A stretch of DNA of 64,000 nt from an uncultured SAR86 cluster bacterium (GTDB taxonomy: Bacteria; Pseudomonadota; Gammaproteobacteria; Magnimaribacterales; D2472). The translations under genes and the position numbers were made by a program. Location of the stretch: contig CABXXT010000001.1 of the NCBI GenBank assembly GCA_902516285.1, forward strand, positions 35,655 through 99,654. Reading direction: 5' to 3'. Below the pieces are notes generated by a model that was given only the letters and a program-made list of their open reading frames with translations, did not search any database and had not been told where the DNA came from. This document shows, piece by piece, positions 8,765 to 19,937 of this stretch; position 1 is the stretch's first letter, and every line of letters begins with the position of its first letter.

Positions 8765-9206
8765 CTTTCTTAAAATACCTTTCATGATGAGCTTCTGATA
8801 ACTGAAGAAGCTCATTGTTAATTTCGTCTTTTATCGTTTTGGCATCATAATAATTGATACTTTTTATTCCAAATTTTTCTAAGTCAAATTCTTGCGAACC
8901 AGCTGCTCTGAACAAATCAAAAATCCAAGTTAGTGGATTCAGTGAGTGGTTAAAGTTAATTGCATTTTCATCCAGTCTTGTCTCCAACAAATTTTGATCA
9001 ATTATCTCAAATCTGTCTTTTAAAATTGTTACTTTAAATTCTTCAAGACGATTATTTACAATACTCCTTTCTTCTTTTGTAAATTTTGTCCAATTTACTA
9101 TTTCATATGAAAATCTTTTGCAGCCCTTGCAAACCTCGTCACCAAATGTTGTGGTGCATATGCCTAAACATGGTGTTGAAGATCTGTTTTTTCTCATTTT
9201 TTTCAT
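8757..9206 (-). CDS. DUF1289-domain protein with C-terminal extension
   Basis: N-terminus TPCLGICTTTFGDEVCKGCKRFSYEIVNWTKFTKEERSIV matches the DUF1289 (YdhL-like) 4-Cys pattern. About 90 further residues are of no recognised family. Confidence 0.6.
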   Translation of the reverse strand: MKKMRKNRSSTPCLGICTTTFGDEVCKGCKRFSYEIVNWTKFTKEERSIVNNRLEEFKVTILKDRFEIIDQNLLETRLDENAINFNHSLNPLTWIFDLFRAAGSQEFDLEKFGIKSINYYDAKTIKDEINNELLQLSEAHHERYFKKAN

Positions 9207-9303
9207 AATTTATAAAAATAATAACGCATTTTTGATTATTTTTAAGCATTTAGTGGCTACCTTTTTATTAGAGGAGTAGAATATTGCCATCGGAGACCAA
9301 ACG

Positions 9304-11886
9304 ATGTTAAAAAATTACAAAAAACACGTTGAGGAGAGAGAAAAATTAGGCATTCCACCTCTTCCTCTCGATGTTGATCAAACAACTGAGCTTGTTGAGT
9401 TGTTAAAAGAGAAAAATGACGAATCAGAGCTTCTATTGTTCTTACTCAAAGAAAGAATCCCTGCTGGAGTTGATCAATCAGCATATGTTAAAGCAGCTTT
9501 TTTATCAGACATTACAAAAGGGTCTTCATCAAGCCCGTATATTAGTAAAAGTGAGGCGGTAGAAATATTGGGTACCATGTTAGGAGGATATAATATTCAA
9601 CCTCTTATAGAGTGTTTGAAAATTGAAGAACTTGGCGAAGTTGCAGCAAAATCACTCAGCAATACTTTGTTAATTTTTGATGCATTTAATGAAATTTTTG
9701 AATTATCAAAAGAAAATAAATATGCCGAACAAGTAATCAATGCCTGGGCTGATGGAACATGGTTTACTGACAAAACACCATTACCAGATCAAATTAAGCT
9801 TACAGTTTTTAAAGTAACAGGTGAAATAAATACTGACGATTTGTCACCTGCTCCTGACGCTTGGTCAAGACCAGATATTCCTCTACATGCTCTAGCAATG
9901 TTCAAAATGCCAAGAACAGGCTTACAAGAACCATTGAAAGAAATAGATAAACATAAAGCAAAAGGGAATCCCCTTGTTTTCGTTGGTGATGTTGTTGGTA
10001 CAGGTTCTTCAAGAAAATCAGCAACTAATTCCGTTTTATGGCATATGGGTGATGAAATCCCTTTTATTCCTAATAAAAAAGAAGGTGGTTTTTGCTTTGG
10101 AGGAAAAATAGCACCAATATTTTTTAACACTCTAGAGGACTCTGGTGCCTTTCCTATAGAGATGGATGTTTCACAGATGATTATGGGACAAGAAATTATC
10201 CTTGAACCATACAAAGGTAGAGTTATAGATGCAAATACAAAGGAAACTTTATCAGAGTTTAAATTAAAAACAGATGTCATTTTGGATGAGGTAAGAGCAA
10301 ATGGAAGAATTCCACTTATTATTGGTAGACAATTGACTGATAAAAGTAGAGAAGCACTTGGTTTAGATCCAACTGATATTTTTAAAAGGCCTGACTCAAA
10401 TGATAACTCTAGTAAAGGTTATACACTTGCTCAAAAAATGGTAGGAAAAGCTTGTGGAATTGATGGAGTCAGACCCGGAACATATTGTGAACCAAGAATG
10501 AGTACTGTTGGATCTCAAGATACAACAGGACCAATGACAAGAGATGAATTAAAAGAATTAGCTTGTCTTGGATTCTCTGCAGATCTTGTGATGCAATCGT
10601 TTTGTCATACAGCAGCCTACCCAAAACCAGTTGATATAGAAACTCAGCATAGTCTTCCAGACTTTATAATGAATAGAGGTGGAGTTTCACTAAGGCCAGG
10701 AGATGGAATAATCCATTCCTGGATGAATAGAATGTTATTACCAGACATGGTTGGAACTGGTGGTGATAGCCATACTAGATTTCCAATTGGTATAAGTTTT
10801 CCAGCTGGTTCTGGTTTAGTAGCTTTTGCTGCAACACTTGGAGTTATGCCACTTGATATGCCTGAATCAGTTTTGGTTAGATTTAAAGGTGAGATGCAAC
10901 CTGGAATTACCCTCAGAGATCTTGTAAATGCAATTCCATATGCTGCTCTTCAAACAGGACTTTTAACAATTGATAAAGATGGCAAAAAGAATGTTTTCTC
11001 AGGAAGGTGTCTTGAAATAGAAGGTCTACCAAATTTAAAGGTTGAGCAAGCTTTTGAGCTTTCTGATGCCTCAGCTGAACGTTCTGCTTCTGGCTGTACA
11101 GTGAGGCTAAATAAGGAACCAATAGAAGAATATCTTAAATCTAACATAGTTATGTTGAGATGGATGATTTCTAGTGGTTATGGGGACGCTAAAACCCTTG
11201 AGAGAAGAGCACAAGCAATGGAAGAATGGATTAAAAACCCTCAGCTTCTTGAGCCTGATGATGATGCAGAATATGCTGAGGTAATTGAGATAGATCTTAA
11301 TGAAATAAAAGAACCTTTGCTAGCATGTCCCAATGATCCAGACGATATTAAACCGCTTTCTGATGTTGCAAATACTAAGATTCAAGAAGTGTTTATTGGG
11401 TCATGTATGACAAACATTGGACATTTCAGAGCGGCTGGAACATTGCTAGAAAAATATAAATCTCTTAATTCAAGATTATGGATAGTACCGCCAACTAAAA
11501 TGGATGAAGAACAGCTTATTGAAGAAGGGATTTACAATATTTTTGGCACATCAGGGGCTAGAACAGAATTACCAGGCTGTTCTCTTTGTATGGGAAACCA
11601 AGCAAGAGTTCTTGCTAACTCTACTGTTGTATCTACTTCCACTAGAAACTTTCCTAATCGATTAGGGGATGGAGCGAATGTATTTTTGGCTTCAGCAGAA
11701 CTATCTGCTATCTCGGCTGTTTTAGGAAGATTGCCATCAATTGATGAGTATCACGAATACATGAATGACATTAATCCATTAGCTGACAACATATATAGAT
11801 ATTTGAACTTTAATGAAATTGAGTCATATGTAAAAAGTGCTGATAGCGCAGATATTCCAGCGATTAATATAGTAAACCCCTCTTAA
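9304..11886 (+). CDS. acnB: aconitate hydratase 2 / 2-methylisocitrate dehydratase (AcnB)
   Basis: 860 aa. AcnB-specific N-terminal HEAT-like and swivel domains precede the catalytic domains. Fe-S ligand contexts [11 protein letters not shown] and [14 protein letters not shown]. Confidence 0.95.
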   Translation: MLKNYKKHVEEREKLGIPPLPLDVDQTTELVELLKEKNDESELLLFLLKERIPAGVDQSAYVKAAFLSDITKGSSSSPYISKSEAVEILGTMLGGYNIQPLIECLKIEELGEVAAKSLSNTLLIFDAFNEIFELSKENKYAEQVINAWADGTWFTDKTPLPDQIKLTVFKVTGEINTDDLSPAPDAWSRPDIPLHALAMFKMPRTGLQEPLKEIDKHKAKGNPLVFVGDVVGTGSSRKSATNSVLWHMGDEIPFIPNKKEGGFCFGGKIAPIFFNTLEDSGAFPIEMDVSQMIMGQEIILEPYKGRVIDANTKETLSEFKLKTDVILDEVRANGRIPLIIGRQLTDKSREALGLDPTDIFKRPDSNDNSSKGYTLAQKMVGKACGIDGVRPGTYCEPRMSTVGSQDTTGPMTRDELKELACLGFSADLVMQSFCHTAAYPKPVDIETQHSLPDFIMNRGGVSLRPGDGIIHSWMNRMLLPDMVGTGGDSHTRFPIGISFPAGSGLVAFAATLGVMPLDMPESVLVRFKGEMQPGITLRDLVNAIPYAALQTGLLTIDKDGKKNVFSGRCLEIEGLPNLKVEQAFELSDASAERSASGCTVRLNKEPIEEYLKSNIVMLRWMISSGYGDAKTLERRAQAMEEWIKNPQLLEPDDDAEYAEVIEIDLNEIKEPLLACPNDPDDIKPLSDVANTKIQEVFIGSCMTNIGHFRAAGTLLEKYKSLNSRLWIVPPTKMDEEQLIEEGIYNIFGTSGARTELPGCSLCMGNQARVLANSTVVSTSTRNFPNRLGDGANVFLASAELSAISAVLGRLPSIDEYHEYMNDINPLADNIYRYLNFNEIESYVKSADSADIPAINIVNPS

Positions 11887-11887
11887 A

Positions 11888-13381
11888 TTAACCTCTGTTT
11901 GATTTTGACTTTTCTCTTTGCATCTTTAGCTCGTCTTTTCTTGAGATTTCAAGCTCCTCTAAATAGTTTTCTACTAGCGGAGTTATATACTCACCAGTAA
12001 AAATTGAAGTCTCGAACTCATTTATTTCTGGATTTCCAAATCTCACCGTTTCAATCAAATCCTCTAAAGTCTGATAGATTAGCCAATCTGCATCTATCTC
12101 TTTTGCCACTTCATCATTTGACCTATTTGATGCTATTAGCTCTGATGTTGCAGGCATGTCAATACCATATAAATTTTGATATTTGATAGCAGGTGCTGCA
12201 GAAGCAAAATAAACTTTTTTCGCACCAGCCTCCCTTGCCATTTCAATAATTTTTTTACTTGTAGTTCCCCTTACAATTGAATCATCAACAAGCAAAACAT
12301 TTTTATCTTTAAACTCTAAATCTAAAATATTTAGCTTTCTTCTAACTGATTTTTTTCTTTCTTCCTGGTATGGCATTATAAAAGTTCTTCCAATATATCT
12401 ATTTTTAACAAATCCCTCTCTATAGGGAATATTTAAATCTACTGCTAATTGATTTGCTGCGGTAGTGGAACTATCAGGAATTGGAATTACAACATCAATA
12501 TCATGATCAGGATTTATTTCTTTTATTTGTTTTGCAAGCGATGACCCCATTCTCATTCTAGCTTTATATACTGAAATCTCGTCAATTTTTGAATCTGGTC
12601 TTGAGAAATAAACATATTCAAAAATGCAGGGTCTTTTTTGAGGATTCTCTGAACATTGTTGCGAAAAAAGTTTACCTTGTTTATTAATAAATATTGCTTC
12701 ACCTGGTTCAATATCTCTTAGTTTTGTAAATCCCATTGAAAGAAAAAGAGAATCTTCAGATGCAATAATATATTCTTTTCTTGTTTTTCCTTCTCTGACT
12801 CCAATCGATAATGGCCTGATTCCATTGTTATCTCTGAAAGCTAAAATTCCATGGCCTGTTATCAACGCAAGAACAGCATAGGCCCCATCACACCTTATAT
12901 GAGTTTTATTTACAGCTTTGAAAATATGCTCTGCAGTTGGATAAATTTCTCTTTGTTTACCCAATTCATGTGCAAAAATATTTAAAAGTACTTCAGAATC
13001 TGAATCAGTTTTTAAATGCCTCATCTCAGCATGAAATAATTCATTTCCAAGTTTTTTAGAGTTAGTTAGATTTCCATTATGTACAAGACTAATTCCATAT
13101 GGTGAATTCACATACATTGGCTGAGCAAATTCTTTACCAGCTCCTCCAGCGGTAGGATATCTTACATGACCAATACCGTAATTTCCTGTAAGCTTTTCCA
13201 TATGCCTTTGTTGAAAGACATCTCTGACATAACCCATGGATTTTCTGCTTTGGACTTTATCGTCTGAATCACATACAGCCATGCCGGCTGCATCCTGACC
13301 TCTATGTTGAAGCATCAATAAAGAATCGTAAATTTCAGCAGCTACGTTAGTTTCAGCTGAAATTCCAACTATTCCACACAT
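11888..13381 (-). CDS. purF: amidophosphoribosyltransferase (PurF)
   Basis: 497 aa. Ntn-amidotransferase Cys1 (MCGIVGI), PRTase loop VLLVDDSIVRGTTS. Confidence 0.97.
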   Translation of the reverse strand: MCGIVGISAETNVAAEIYDSLLMLQHRGQDAAGMAVCDSDDKVQSRKSMGYVRDVFQQRHMEKLTGNYGIGHVRYPTAGGAGKEFAQPMYVNSPYGISLVHNGNLTNSKKLGNELFHAEMRHLKTDSDSEVLLNIFAHELGKQREIYPTAEHIFKAVNKTHIRCDGAYAVLALITGHGILAFRDNNGIRPLSIGVREGKTRKEYIIASEDSLFLSMGFTKLRDIEPGEAIFINKQGKLFSQQCSENPQKRPCIFEYVYFSRPDSKIDEISVYKARMRMGSSLAKQIKEINPDHDIDVVIPIPDSSTTAANQLAVDLNIPYREGFVKNRYIGRTFIMPYQEERKKSVRRKLNILDLEFKDKNVLLVDDSIVRGTTSKKIIEMAREAGAKKVYFASAAPAIKYQNLYGIDMPATSELIASNRSNDEVAKEIDADWLIYQTLEDLIETVRFGNPEINEFETSIFTGEYITPLVENYLEELEISRKDELKMQREKSKSNRG

Positions 13382-13965
13382 TAAGAATCCCCATCTTTAG
13401 TGTTGTTTTCATTTGACACTGGAGGTACCTCATTTTGAAGAGGTTCTATCATCTCCAATGCTTCGTCTACCAGATTTCTATTATCTACTAAATTTCTAAA
13501 ATATGCTTCTATTTCTGGAGCATAAGTCTGAATTATTGGAGTTATTTTTGAGTTTATAATTAAGTCAGTGGATTTCAAGCTTGATGGTAATAAGAGAAAA
13601 ATAACAAATATTACTACCAAGCCTCTGGTAAGACCAAAAAGAACTCCTAAAAATTTATCAAAACCAGAAGCTCCTGACCATTTTATGAGCTTGCTAATAA
13701 ATTTAATTAAAATCCCACCAAGAAATATAAAAATTATAAAAACAACAATGTATGAAATTATTTTTGATATTTCTTCATTGCCTATATATTCATTAATTTT
13801 TGGTGTAGCTAAGAATTCAAGGCTAATCGCCGCAACAAATGCAGCAAGCCATAGAAATAATGACAAAAATTCTTTGGTAAAGCCTCTGGATAACGATATT
13901 ACTCCTGAGGCAATCAAAATAACTAAGATTGACCAATCAGTTAAATTTAACCCTAAAGCTTCCAA
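13381..13965 (-). CDS. cvpA: colicin V production protein CvpA (membrane protein)
   Basis: 194 aa, about 4 TM helices. Conserved cvpA-purF adjacency with a 1-nt TAATG stop/start overlap. Confidence 0.85.
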   Translation of the reverse strand: MEALGLNLTDWSILVILIASGVISLSRGFTKEFLSLFLWLAAFVAAISLEFLATPKINEYIGNEEISKIISYIVVFIIFIFLGGILIKFISKLIKWSGASGFDKFLGVLFGLTRGLVVIFVIFLLLPSSLKSTDLIINSKITPIIQTYAPEIEAYFRNLVDNRNLVDEALEMIEPLQNEVPPVSNENNTKDGDS

Positions 13966-14402
13966 CGAGTTATTTCTCCATTAGTTGACTTAGATAATTC
14001 CTTAATTTTGTTCATATTCACAACAATATCATCTTCTGAAATAAAAGGCCCTACATAAACTACAAATAAATCTTTTTCGTTATCAAATTTTTCTACGAAT
14101 GCCGGCAGCCCTGCAATCCTAATATCCTCAACAAGTTTATCTGCGTTATTCCTTATTGATAATATATGAGCGCGATAAACAAAAAAGTCAAAATCTTTTT
14201 CCTCGTATGTTTCAAAATCTCCTGTATTTATTTTTTTTGAATCAGATATTTTTTTGTTAATTGGTTTAGCGTCTAATATATCTTCTTGGGTGACATTTGA
14301 TTCAACAGTTAAGGTAGGTGATCCATTTGGATAAAAGAAATAAAGAATAAATATTATTAAAGATGAAATACCAAATAACCCAGCAAGCCTCTCAATATGC
14401 AT
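13953..14402 (-). CDS. SPOR-domain protein (DedD-like)
   Basis: 149 aa. N-terminal TM anchor and a C-terminal SPOR-like repeat (FFVYRAHILSIRNNADKLVEDIRIAGLPAFVEKF...LFVVYVGPF). Occupies the dedD position between accD and cvpA. Confidence 0.6.
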   Translation of the reverse strand: MHIERLAGLFGISSLIIFILYFFYPNGSPTLTVESNVTQEDILDAKPINKKISDSKKINTGDFETYEEKDFDFFVYRAHILSIRNNADKLVEDIRIAGLPAFVEKFDNEKDLFVVYVGPFISEDDIVVNMNKIKELSKSTNGEITRWKL

Positions 14403-15247
14403 TAATTTTTATAAATTTTTCTTAATATTCCAGTAATCTTTGATCTGAGATTTGTTCTATGCACAATCATATCTATCGCCCCATTTTTCAATAAATATTC
14501 TGATTTTTGGAAATTATCTGGAAGCTCAATTCTCAAATTTTGTTCTATAACTCTTCTGCCTGTGAAGCCACTCAAAGCATTAGGCTCTGCTATATTAATA
14601 TCACCCAACATAGCAATGCTTGCAGAAACGCCGCCGTAAATAGGGTCAACTAGAACAGATATGTAAGGTAGTTTTTCTTTCTTGAACTTTTGTATAGCTG
14701 CAGATGTTTTTGCCATTTGCATAAGTGAGATCATTGATTCTTGCATTCTTGCTCCACCACTCGTTGCAAAACATATAAATGGACACTTATCTTTTATTGC
14801 TAAATTAATACCTTGTACAAACTTTTCTCCAACAACACTACCCATAGAGCCACCAAGAAATCTAAACTCAAAAGATGCAACCACAACATCTGTTGAATCT
14901 AATTCACCTTTTACAACTATTATCGCTTCTTTCTCACCTGTGGCTGCAACTGCATCTTTTACTCTAGTTGAATATTTTTTTGAATCTTTAAATTTTAGTG
15001 GATCTTTTGTAGTTAGGTTTGGTGCTATTTCAGTGTAAGAGCTACTATCTAAGAAAATATCAAGTCTTTTTCTTGCACCTATCCTAAAATGATAGTCGCA
15101 TTTTGGACAAACGTATAAGGATTTTTCAAGCTCAGGCGTATATAAGACTGCTCCACAATTTTTGCAAGAGGTCCACATTCCATCAGGTACTTTACTTTTA
15201 GTCTTTAAAGTGCCTATTGAAGGTATTAATCTTGTTAACCAGTTCAT
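14402..15247 (-). CDS. accD: acetyl-CoA carboxylase carboxyltransferase beta subunit (AccD)
   Basis: 281 aa. N-terminal Zn ribbon CKNCGAVLY...CPKCDYH and carboxyltransferase core (GGSMGSVVGEKF...SGGARMQE). Confidence 0.95.
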   Translation of the reverse strand: MNWLTRLIPSIGTLKTKSKVPDGMWTSCKNCGAVLYTPELEKSLYVCPKCDYHFRIGARKRLDIFLDSSSYTEIAPNLTTKDPLKFKDSKKYSTRVKDAVAATGEKEAIIVVKGELDSTDVVVASFEFRFLGGSMGSVVGEKFVQGINLAIKDKCPFICFATSGGARMQESMISLMQMAKTSAAIQKFKKEKLPYISVLVDPIYGGVSASIAMLGDINIAEPNALSGFTGRRVIEQNLRIELPDNFQKSEYLLKNGAIDMIVHRTNLRSKITGILRKIYKN

Positions 15248-16029
15248 GATATTGCTTGTTTTATTTCAGTAATATACTCTCTTATTCTATCAAATTCTTT
15301 TGTCACTGAGTTTTGTTCAATCATTTGCACAATAGATGACCCTATAATAATACCGTCAGAATGCTTAGATAACAGTGATGCGTCGCTTGCAGATTTAATA
15401 CCAAAACCAGCAAGCGTAGGGACTGATGCATGTTTTTTTATTTCGTTAACATTATTAGAGATTTCATTCGAATCTAAGTTTGACGCTCCTGTTACGCCTC
15501 TCAAGGTTACATAATAAACAAAACCAGAGCTATTTTTTGCAATAGATTCAATCCTATCTTGTTTTGTTGTAGGTGATATAAGTGAAATAGTATTGATTGA
15601 TGAACTTTTGATACCATAATCATTTAGATTGAGCTCTCCCGGAATATCGACAACCAATATTGAATCAATAGCACTATTTTTATTTTCTTCAATAATTTTT
15701 TTATGAAACATGAATGTATTAAGATAACCCATTAAAATAAGAGGTGTAGATGAATCTTTATTTCTAAAAATTTCAACCATTGAATAAATGTCTTTTAAAG
15801 AAATATTGTTCTTTAGGGCTCTGTCATGGGCTCTTTGAATTACTGGACCTTCTGCAATTGGGTCCGTAAAGGGAACGCCTATTTCAATTGCATCCACGCC
15901 AGCCTCAACAAATAAATGCATTAAATCAATGGTTGTCTCTATATCAGGATCACCAGCAACTAAGTAGGCTACAAGAGCTTTTTTATTTTGTTGTTTAAGG
16001 TTTGCTAATGTTTCTGTTAATCTATTCAA
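15244..16029 (-). CDS. trpA: tryptophan synthase alpha chain (TrpA)
   Basis: 261 aa TIM barrel with TrpA motifs ([22 protein letters not shown]). ATGA-type overlaps with trpB and accD. Confidence 0.95.
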   Translation of the reverse strand: MNRLTETLANLKQQNKKALVAYLVAGDPDIETTIDLMHLFVEAGVDAIEIGVPFTDPIAEGPVIQRAHDRALKNNISLKDIYSMVEIFRNKDSSTPLILMGYLNTFMFHKKIIEENKNSAIDSILVVDIPGELNLNDYGIKSSSINTISLISPTTKQDRIESIAKNSSGFVYYVTLRGVTGASNLDSNEISNNVNEIKKHASVPTLAGFGIKSASDASLLSKHSDGIIIGSSIVQMIEQNSVTKEFDRIREYITEIKQAIS

Positions 16030-17231
16030 AGTTTAATTCCATCTATCTCAGCAACAGTATTAATGTCCTTGTCACCCCTTCCAGACAGATTAACAATTAT
16101 GTTTGCAGATGAATCATATTCTTTCATCAAAATATCAAGATAAGCAAAAGCATGAGCTGTTTCAAGAGCAGGAATTATTCCCTCTAATTCTGATACTTCG
16201 TGAAATGCTCTTAAAGCTTCATCATCGCTAACTGCAACATATTCAGCTCTTCCTGAATCTTTAAGCCAGGAATGTTCAGGTCCAACACCAGGATAATCTA
16301 GGCCGGCAGATACAGATTTTGTTTCTTTTACTTGACCTTTTTCGTCCTGCATTAGATAGCTTAGTGCTCCATGCAATACTCCTGGAATACCATCATTTAA
16401 TGGTGCTGCATGTTCACCAGTTTCAACACCCTCACCACCAGCTTCAACACCAATAAGTCTTGTTTCATTCATAGAAATAAATGGATAAAAAGCTCCCATT
16501 GCATTGGAGCCACCACCAACACAAGCAACAATCGCGTCTGGCATTGCACTAAATAATTCTTTCGATTGTGATATTAATTCCTCTCCAACAACTGAATTAA
16601 AGTCTCTGACAATCATTGGATAAGGATGAGGTCCAGTTACGCTTCCAATAATGTAATAAGTATTATCTACATTTGTTACCCAATCTCTCAAGGCTTCATT
16701 TAATGCGTCTTTCAGCGTTGCAGAACCAGAATTGACAGCATGGACGTGAGCACCCAGAAGTTTTATTCTGTAAACATTTAAAGATTGTCTCTCAACATCT
16801 TCTGAACCCATATAAATATGGCATTCTAAGCCCAATCTTGCAGCAACAGCAGCAGTTGCAACTCCATGTTGTCCAGCACCAGTTTCTGCAATAATTCTTT
16901 TTTTTCCCATGTATTTAGCTAATAGAATTTGTCCAATAGTGTTATTAATTTTATGAGCACCCGTATGATTTAAATCTTCCCTTTTAAGCCAAATTGAACC
17001 AGTTCCATAATGCTTAGTAAGTCTTTCTGCAAAATATAGTGGTGATGGTCTACCAACAAACTCTGATAAATCACTATAAAATTTTTCCTTAAATTCATTA
17101 TTATCTTTTAGTTTTGTATATGTCGTCTCCAGTTGCTCAAGAGCATACATAAGGGTCTCAGGAACAAATTTTCCTCCAAAGTCTCCATAAAAACCATTTT
17201 TATCTGGCAAATTTTGTTTATTTGTTTTCAT
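16026..17231 (-). CDS. trpB: tryptophan synthase beta chain (TrpB)
   Basis: 401 aa. PLP-lysine motif [11 protein letters not shown] and GGGSNAMG loop. Confidence 0.97.
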   Translation of the reverse strand: MKTNKQNLPDKNGFYGDFGGKFVPETLMYALEQLETTYTKLKDNNEFKEKFYSDLSEFVGRPSPLYFAERLTKHYGTGSIWLKREDLNHTGAHKINNTIGQILLAKYMGKKRIIAETGAGQHGVATAAVAARLGLECHIYMGSEDVERQSLNVYRIKLLGAHVHAVNSGSATLKDALNEALRDWVTNVDNTYYIIGSVTGPHPYPMIVRDFNSVVGEELISQSKELFSAMPDAIVACVGGGSNAMGAFYPFISMNETRLIGVEAGGEGVETGEHAAPLNDGIPGVLHGALSYLMQDEKGQVKETKSVSAGLDYPGVGPEHSWLKDSGRAEYVAVSDDEALRAFHEVSELEGIIPALETAHAFAYLDILMKEYDSSANIIVNLSGRGDKDINTVAEIDGIKL

Positions 17232-17233
17232 TG

Positions 17234-17851
17234 TTAAAAATTTTTAAAAATCTCTTTAATCAGTTTTATTTCTTTTACGCCTTCTGTGGACTCAACACCC
17301 GAATTAATATCAATGCACCATGGGTCTATACCTATAGCATTATCAACATTTTTTGAATTAATGCCACCTGATAAAATAATTTTATGCTCTTTTAATACTT
17401 TTTTTGGAATAAGCTGCCAATTAAATGATTTTCCAGTTCCTCCATGCACACCCTTTTGATAATTTTCTAACAAAATCCCTGCAGCATCTGGATACATATG
17501 AATTTTATCAAGACAATTAACATCCTTGAATCTTATAACTTTCCAAAATTCTTTTTTGAATAATTTACAGAATGTATTTGTCTCATCTCCATGGAATTGG
17601 AGAAGAGGATTTTTAAAATATGATGAAGTTTCCCTAACAAACTCCTCAGATGCATTCACATAAACACATACTGGTTTTTTATCTTTAAAATCTGTTTGAT
17701 TAATCGTCCTTAAGAAATCATTATTTACATTCCTTGGACTATTTTCATAAAAAATAAATCCTAGAAAATTTGCATTACTTTCAGATGAGATTAAATAATC
17801 AAGTATTTTTTGATTATTGATTCCACATATTTTATAGAGGGGTTTGTTCAT
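17234..17851 (-). CDS. trpF: phosphoribosylanthranilate isomerase (TrpF)
   Basis: 205 aa monofunctional PRAI (KICGI..., [21 protein letters not shown]). truA-trpF adjacency as in pseudomonads. Confidence 0.9.
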   Translation of the reverse strand: MNKPLYKICGINNQKILDYLISSESNANFLGFIFYENSPRNVNNDFLRTINQTDFKDKKPVCVYVNASEEFVRETSSYFKNPLLQFHGDETNTFCKLFKKEFWKVIRFKDVNCLDKIHMYPDAAGILLENYQKGVHGGTGKSFNWQLIPKKVLKEHKIILSGGINSKNVDNAIGIDPWCIDINSGVESTEGVKEIKLIKEIFKNF

Positions 17852-18633
17852 ATTTTGAATCTATCAAGTAAATTTTTTACTGGACTTTGTATTTTTAATT
17901 TAGAGTCATAGCTTGGGCCTAGAAAGAATAAGCCAGATGCAGGAAGTGTTTTTCCAGCAAAAGATCTATCTTTCTTTTCAATTATTTCGCTCACTGAAAG
18001 ATTGTTTTCATTTTTCGATATATCTAATATTGTTCCAACCATAATTCTTACCATATTCTGCAAAAAAGCATTTGCAGATATTGAAATAATTATAAATTTA
18101 TTAAAAGTTTTCACTTCAGCCTTAAAAACTTTTTTAATAGGGTTCATTGAGTTACAACTTGAACTCCTAAAGGAACTAAAATCATGTTCTCCAATAAACA
18201 TTTTTATTTGTCGGGACATTTCTTCAATATCAAGTGTATTTGAGACCCTATGTGAATATTTATCAAAAAATAATTGCTTACTTGATGAATTATAAATGAC
18301 ATATGAATAATTCCTATTAATTGCAGAAAATCTTGAATTAAACGAATCAGGAACATTATGAATCTCTTTAACAGATATCGTATTTGGTAGATTTGAATTA
18401 ATTCCTTTTATCCAATTATTATCTTCTCTTTTGAGGTTTGTTTCAAAATCAAAAACCTGAGATAGAGCATGAACTCCTGCATCAGTTCTACCAGAATAGT
18501 TAATCGAAATGGGATTTCCTGTAATTTCCATAATAGCAATTTCAAGTTGTTCTTGAATCGTTATTGCATTCTTCTGACGCTGAAAGCCAGAAAAATCTGT
18601 GCCATCATACTCAACTGTAAAAGCTAATTTCAC
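17848..18633 (-). CDS. truA: tRNA pseudouridine(38-40) synthase TruA
   Basis: 261 aa. Catalytic Asp motif GRTDAGVHA and TruA fold pattern (YDGTDFSGFQRQ). Confidence 0.93.
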   Translation of the reverse strand: MKLAFTVEYDGTDFSGFQRQKNAITIQEQLEIAIMEITGNPISINYSGRTDAGVHALSQVFDFETNLKREDNNWIKGINSNLPNTISVKEIHNVPDSFNSRFSAINRNYSYVIYNSSSKQLFFDKYSHRVSNTLDIEEMSRQIKMFIGEHDFSSFRSSSCNSMNPIKKVFKAEVKTFNKFIIISISANAFLQNMVRIMVGTILDISKNENNLSVSEIIEKKDRSFAGKTLPASGLFFLGPSYDSKLKIQSPVKNLLDRFKI

Positions 18634-19937
18634 TCTTGATTGATTTTTGAAAGGAGATTTGATGAAAGTGATTTAATTTCTTCATCTTTTGACTCTTTAA
18701 TTAGATAATTTAGTATATTTTTTGAGGCATCATAATCTTTCATTTCAAAATAAGTTACAGCTAAATCAAATTGTTGTTGATCTCTATTATTATTAATACT
18801 TAAGCCATCAGGTATTCCAAATTCAGTCTTGTCATCATCAACCGCCTCCTCAAAATCATATAGAATTTTTTTACCATTTTTATAATTGTTGTATTGAATA
18901 TAAATCAAAGCTAACAAAATACCTGAAAGTACCGAAACTAATGAAATAAATAGGATATCCATGAGTTCAAAACTTCTATCATTTTGAACCTCAGCTGATT
19001 CTTTTGTTTTATTGATTAACTCTTGTGCAGTATCGTTTTCAATTCCAAGTGAAATTTCTTTAGTATTACTTTTTATTAATGTTTCAGGGTCACTTGTCTC
19101 ATCAAATGTAAATTGATTAACATCCTCAGTTTTTTCCTGAATTTCTTCAGTATCAATTTGATTTTCAACTACTTTTGGAGCAGTTAATACAAGCAAAGAT
19201 CTTGAGGCAGTTTTAAAACTAGATGAAAAGGAAGTATTCATATCAAAAATAGACTTTCTTGCTATTTCAAAAGATATATTTTCCATTTCTGAAATATTAG
19301 GTATTTGAATATCTATATCACTTCTAATTAAATTAATATTATTGTCAATAAAGGCAGACTTATTTCCTAAATAAATTGACCACATAATTTGATATATTGA
19401 AATATCGTTCAAACCTTGTTTGATTTCTGTTGCCAAACTCCACATGGTTGAAATATCCTCAGCTTTATAAATTTTTTGAACAACCTCAGTATTTGTAGAG
19501 ACTTCGTTTATATTAGATATATCATTTTGGAATACATTATTTAATGATTGATTTGTGACGGCTCTTTCTTTCGAGGCTTGTGATCCTCTTGATTTTGAAG
19601 GTAAGAAAATAAAAATATCCTTTTTTAGCTTATCTTTTATGTTAATTTGAAAACTGAAATAATCCTCAAAATAATTACTAGACAGAACTATTTTAAATGT
19701 TTGATAATCATCAAAATTTTCAAGCAATGTGTATTTAATTAAGTTGTCATCAATAATATCTTCTGACTTATATTCATTTATAAATATTTCTGAATCTTTG
19801 ACATTAGCATTTTTTATTTTTAACTCAATTACCCTTTCGTCATTAGAATTAGTATTTATTTCTGGAGAATATAAAATGATATCTGAGAGAACATTCAAAG
19901 AAATGCTTATTAAAACAAAGTAAAAATATTTCAGCAC
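18630..19937 (-). CDS. FimV-like protein (LysM-like N-domain, TM segment, C-terminal FimV/TPR motif), shortened
   Basis: 435 aa. LysM-like segment YKAEDISTMWSLA...IYQIMWSIYLGNKSAFIDNNINLIRSDIDIQIP parallels the FimV N-domain. A TM helix (ILFISLVSVLSGILLALIYI) and the C-terminal motif DLAVTYFEMKDYDASKNILNYLI follow. Occupies the fimV slot between asd and truA. Confidence 0.6.
   Translation of the reverse strand: MLKYFYFVLISISLNVLSDIILYSPEINTNSNDERVIELKIKNANVKDSEIFINEYKSEDIIDDNLIKYTLLENFDDYQTFKIVLSSNYFEDYFSFQINIKDKLKKDIFIFLPSKSRGSQASKERAVTNQSLNNVFQNDISNINEVSTNTEVVQKIYKAEDISTMWSLATEIKQGLNDISIYQIMWSIYLGNKSAFIDNNINLIRSDIDIQIPNISEMENISFEIARKSIFDMNTSFSSSFKTASRSLLVLTAPKVVENQIDTEEIQEKTEDVNQFTFDETSDPETLIKSNTKEISLGIENDTAQELINKTKESAEVQNDRSFELMDILFISLVSVLSGILLALIYIQYNNYKNGKKILYDFEEAVDDDKTEFGIPDGLSINNNRDQQQFDLAVTYFEMKDYDASKNILNYLIKESKDEEIKSLSSNLLSKINQE

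Noticed and set aside
9789-11147. Antisense ORFs inside acnB (163, 69 and 65 aa)
   Set aside because: AcnB is full-length and unambiguous. The long antisense frame is a by-product of codon bias.
13568-13984. 138-aa ORF antisense to cvpA
   Set aside because: The cvpA frame gives a coherent 4-TM protein in the conserved cvpA-purF position. The antisense product is Lys/Asn/Ile low complexity.
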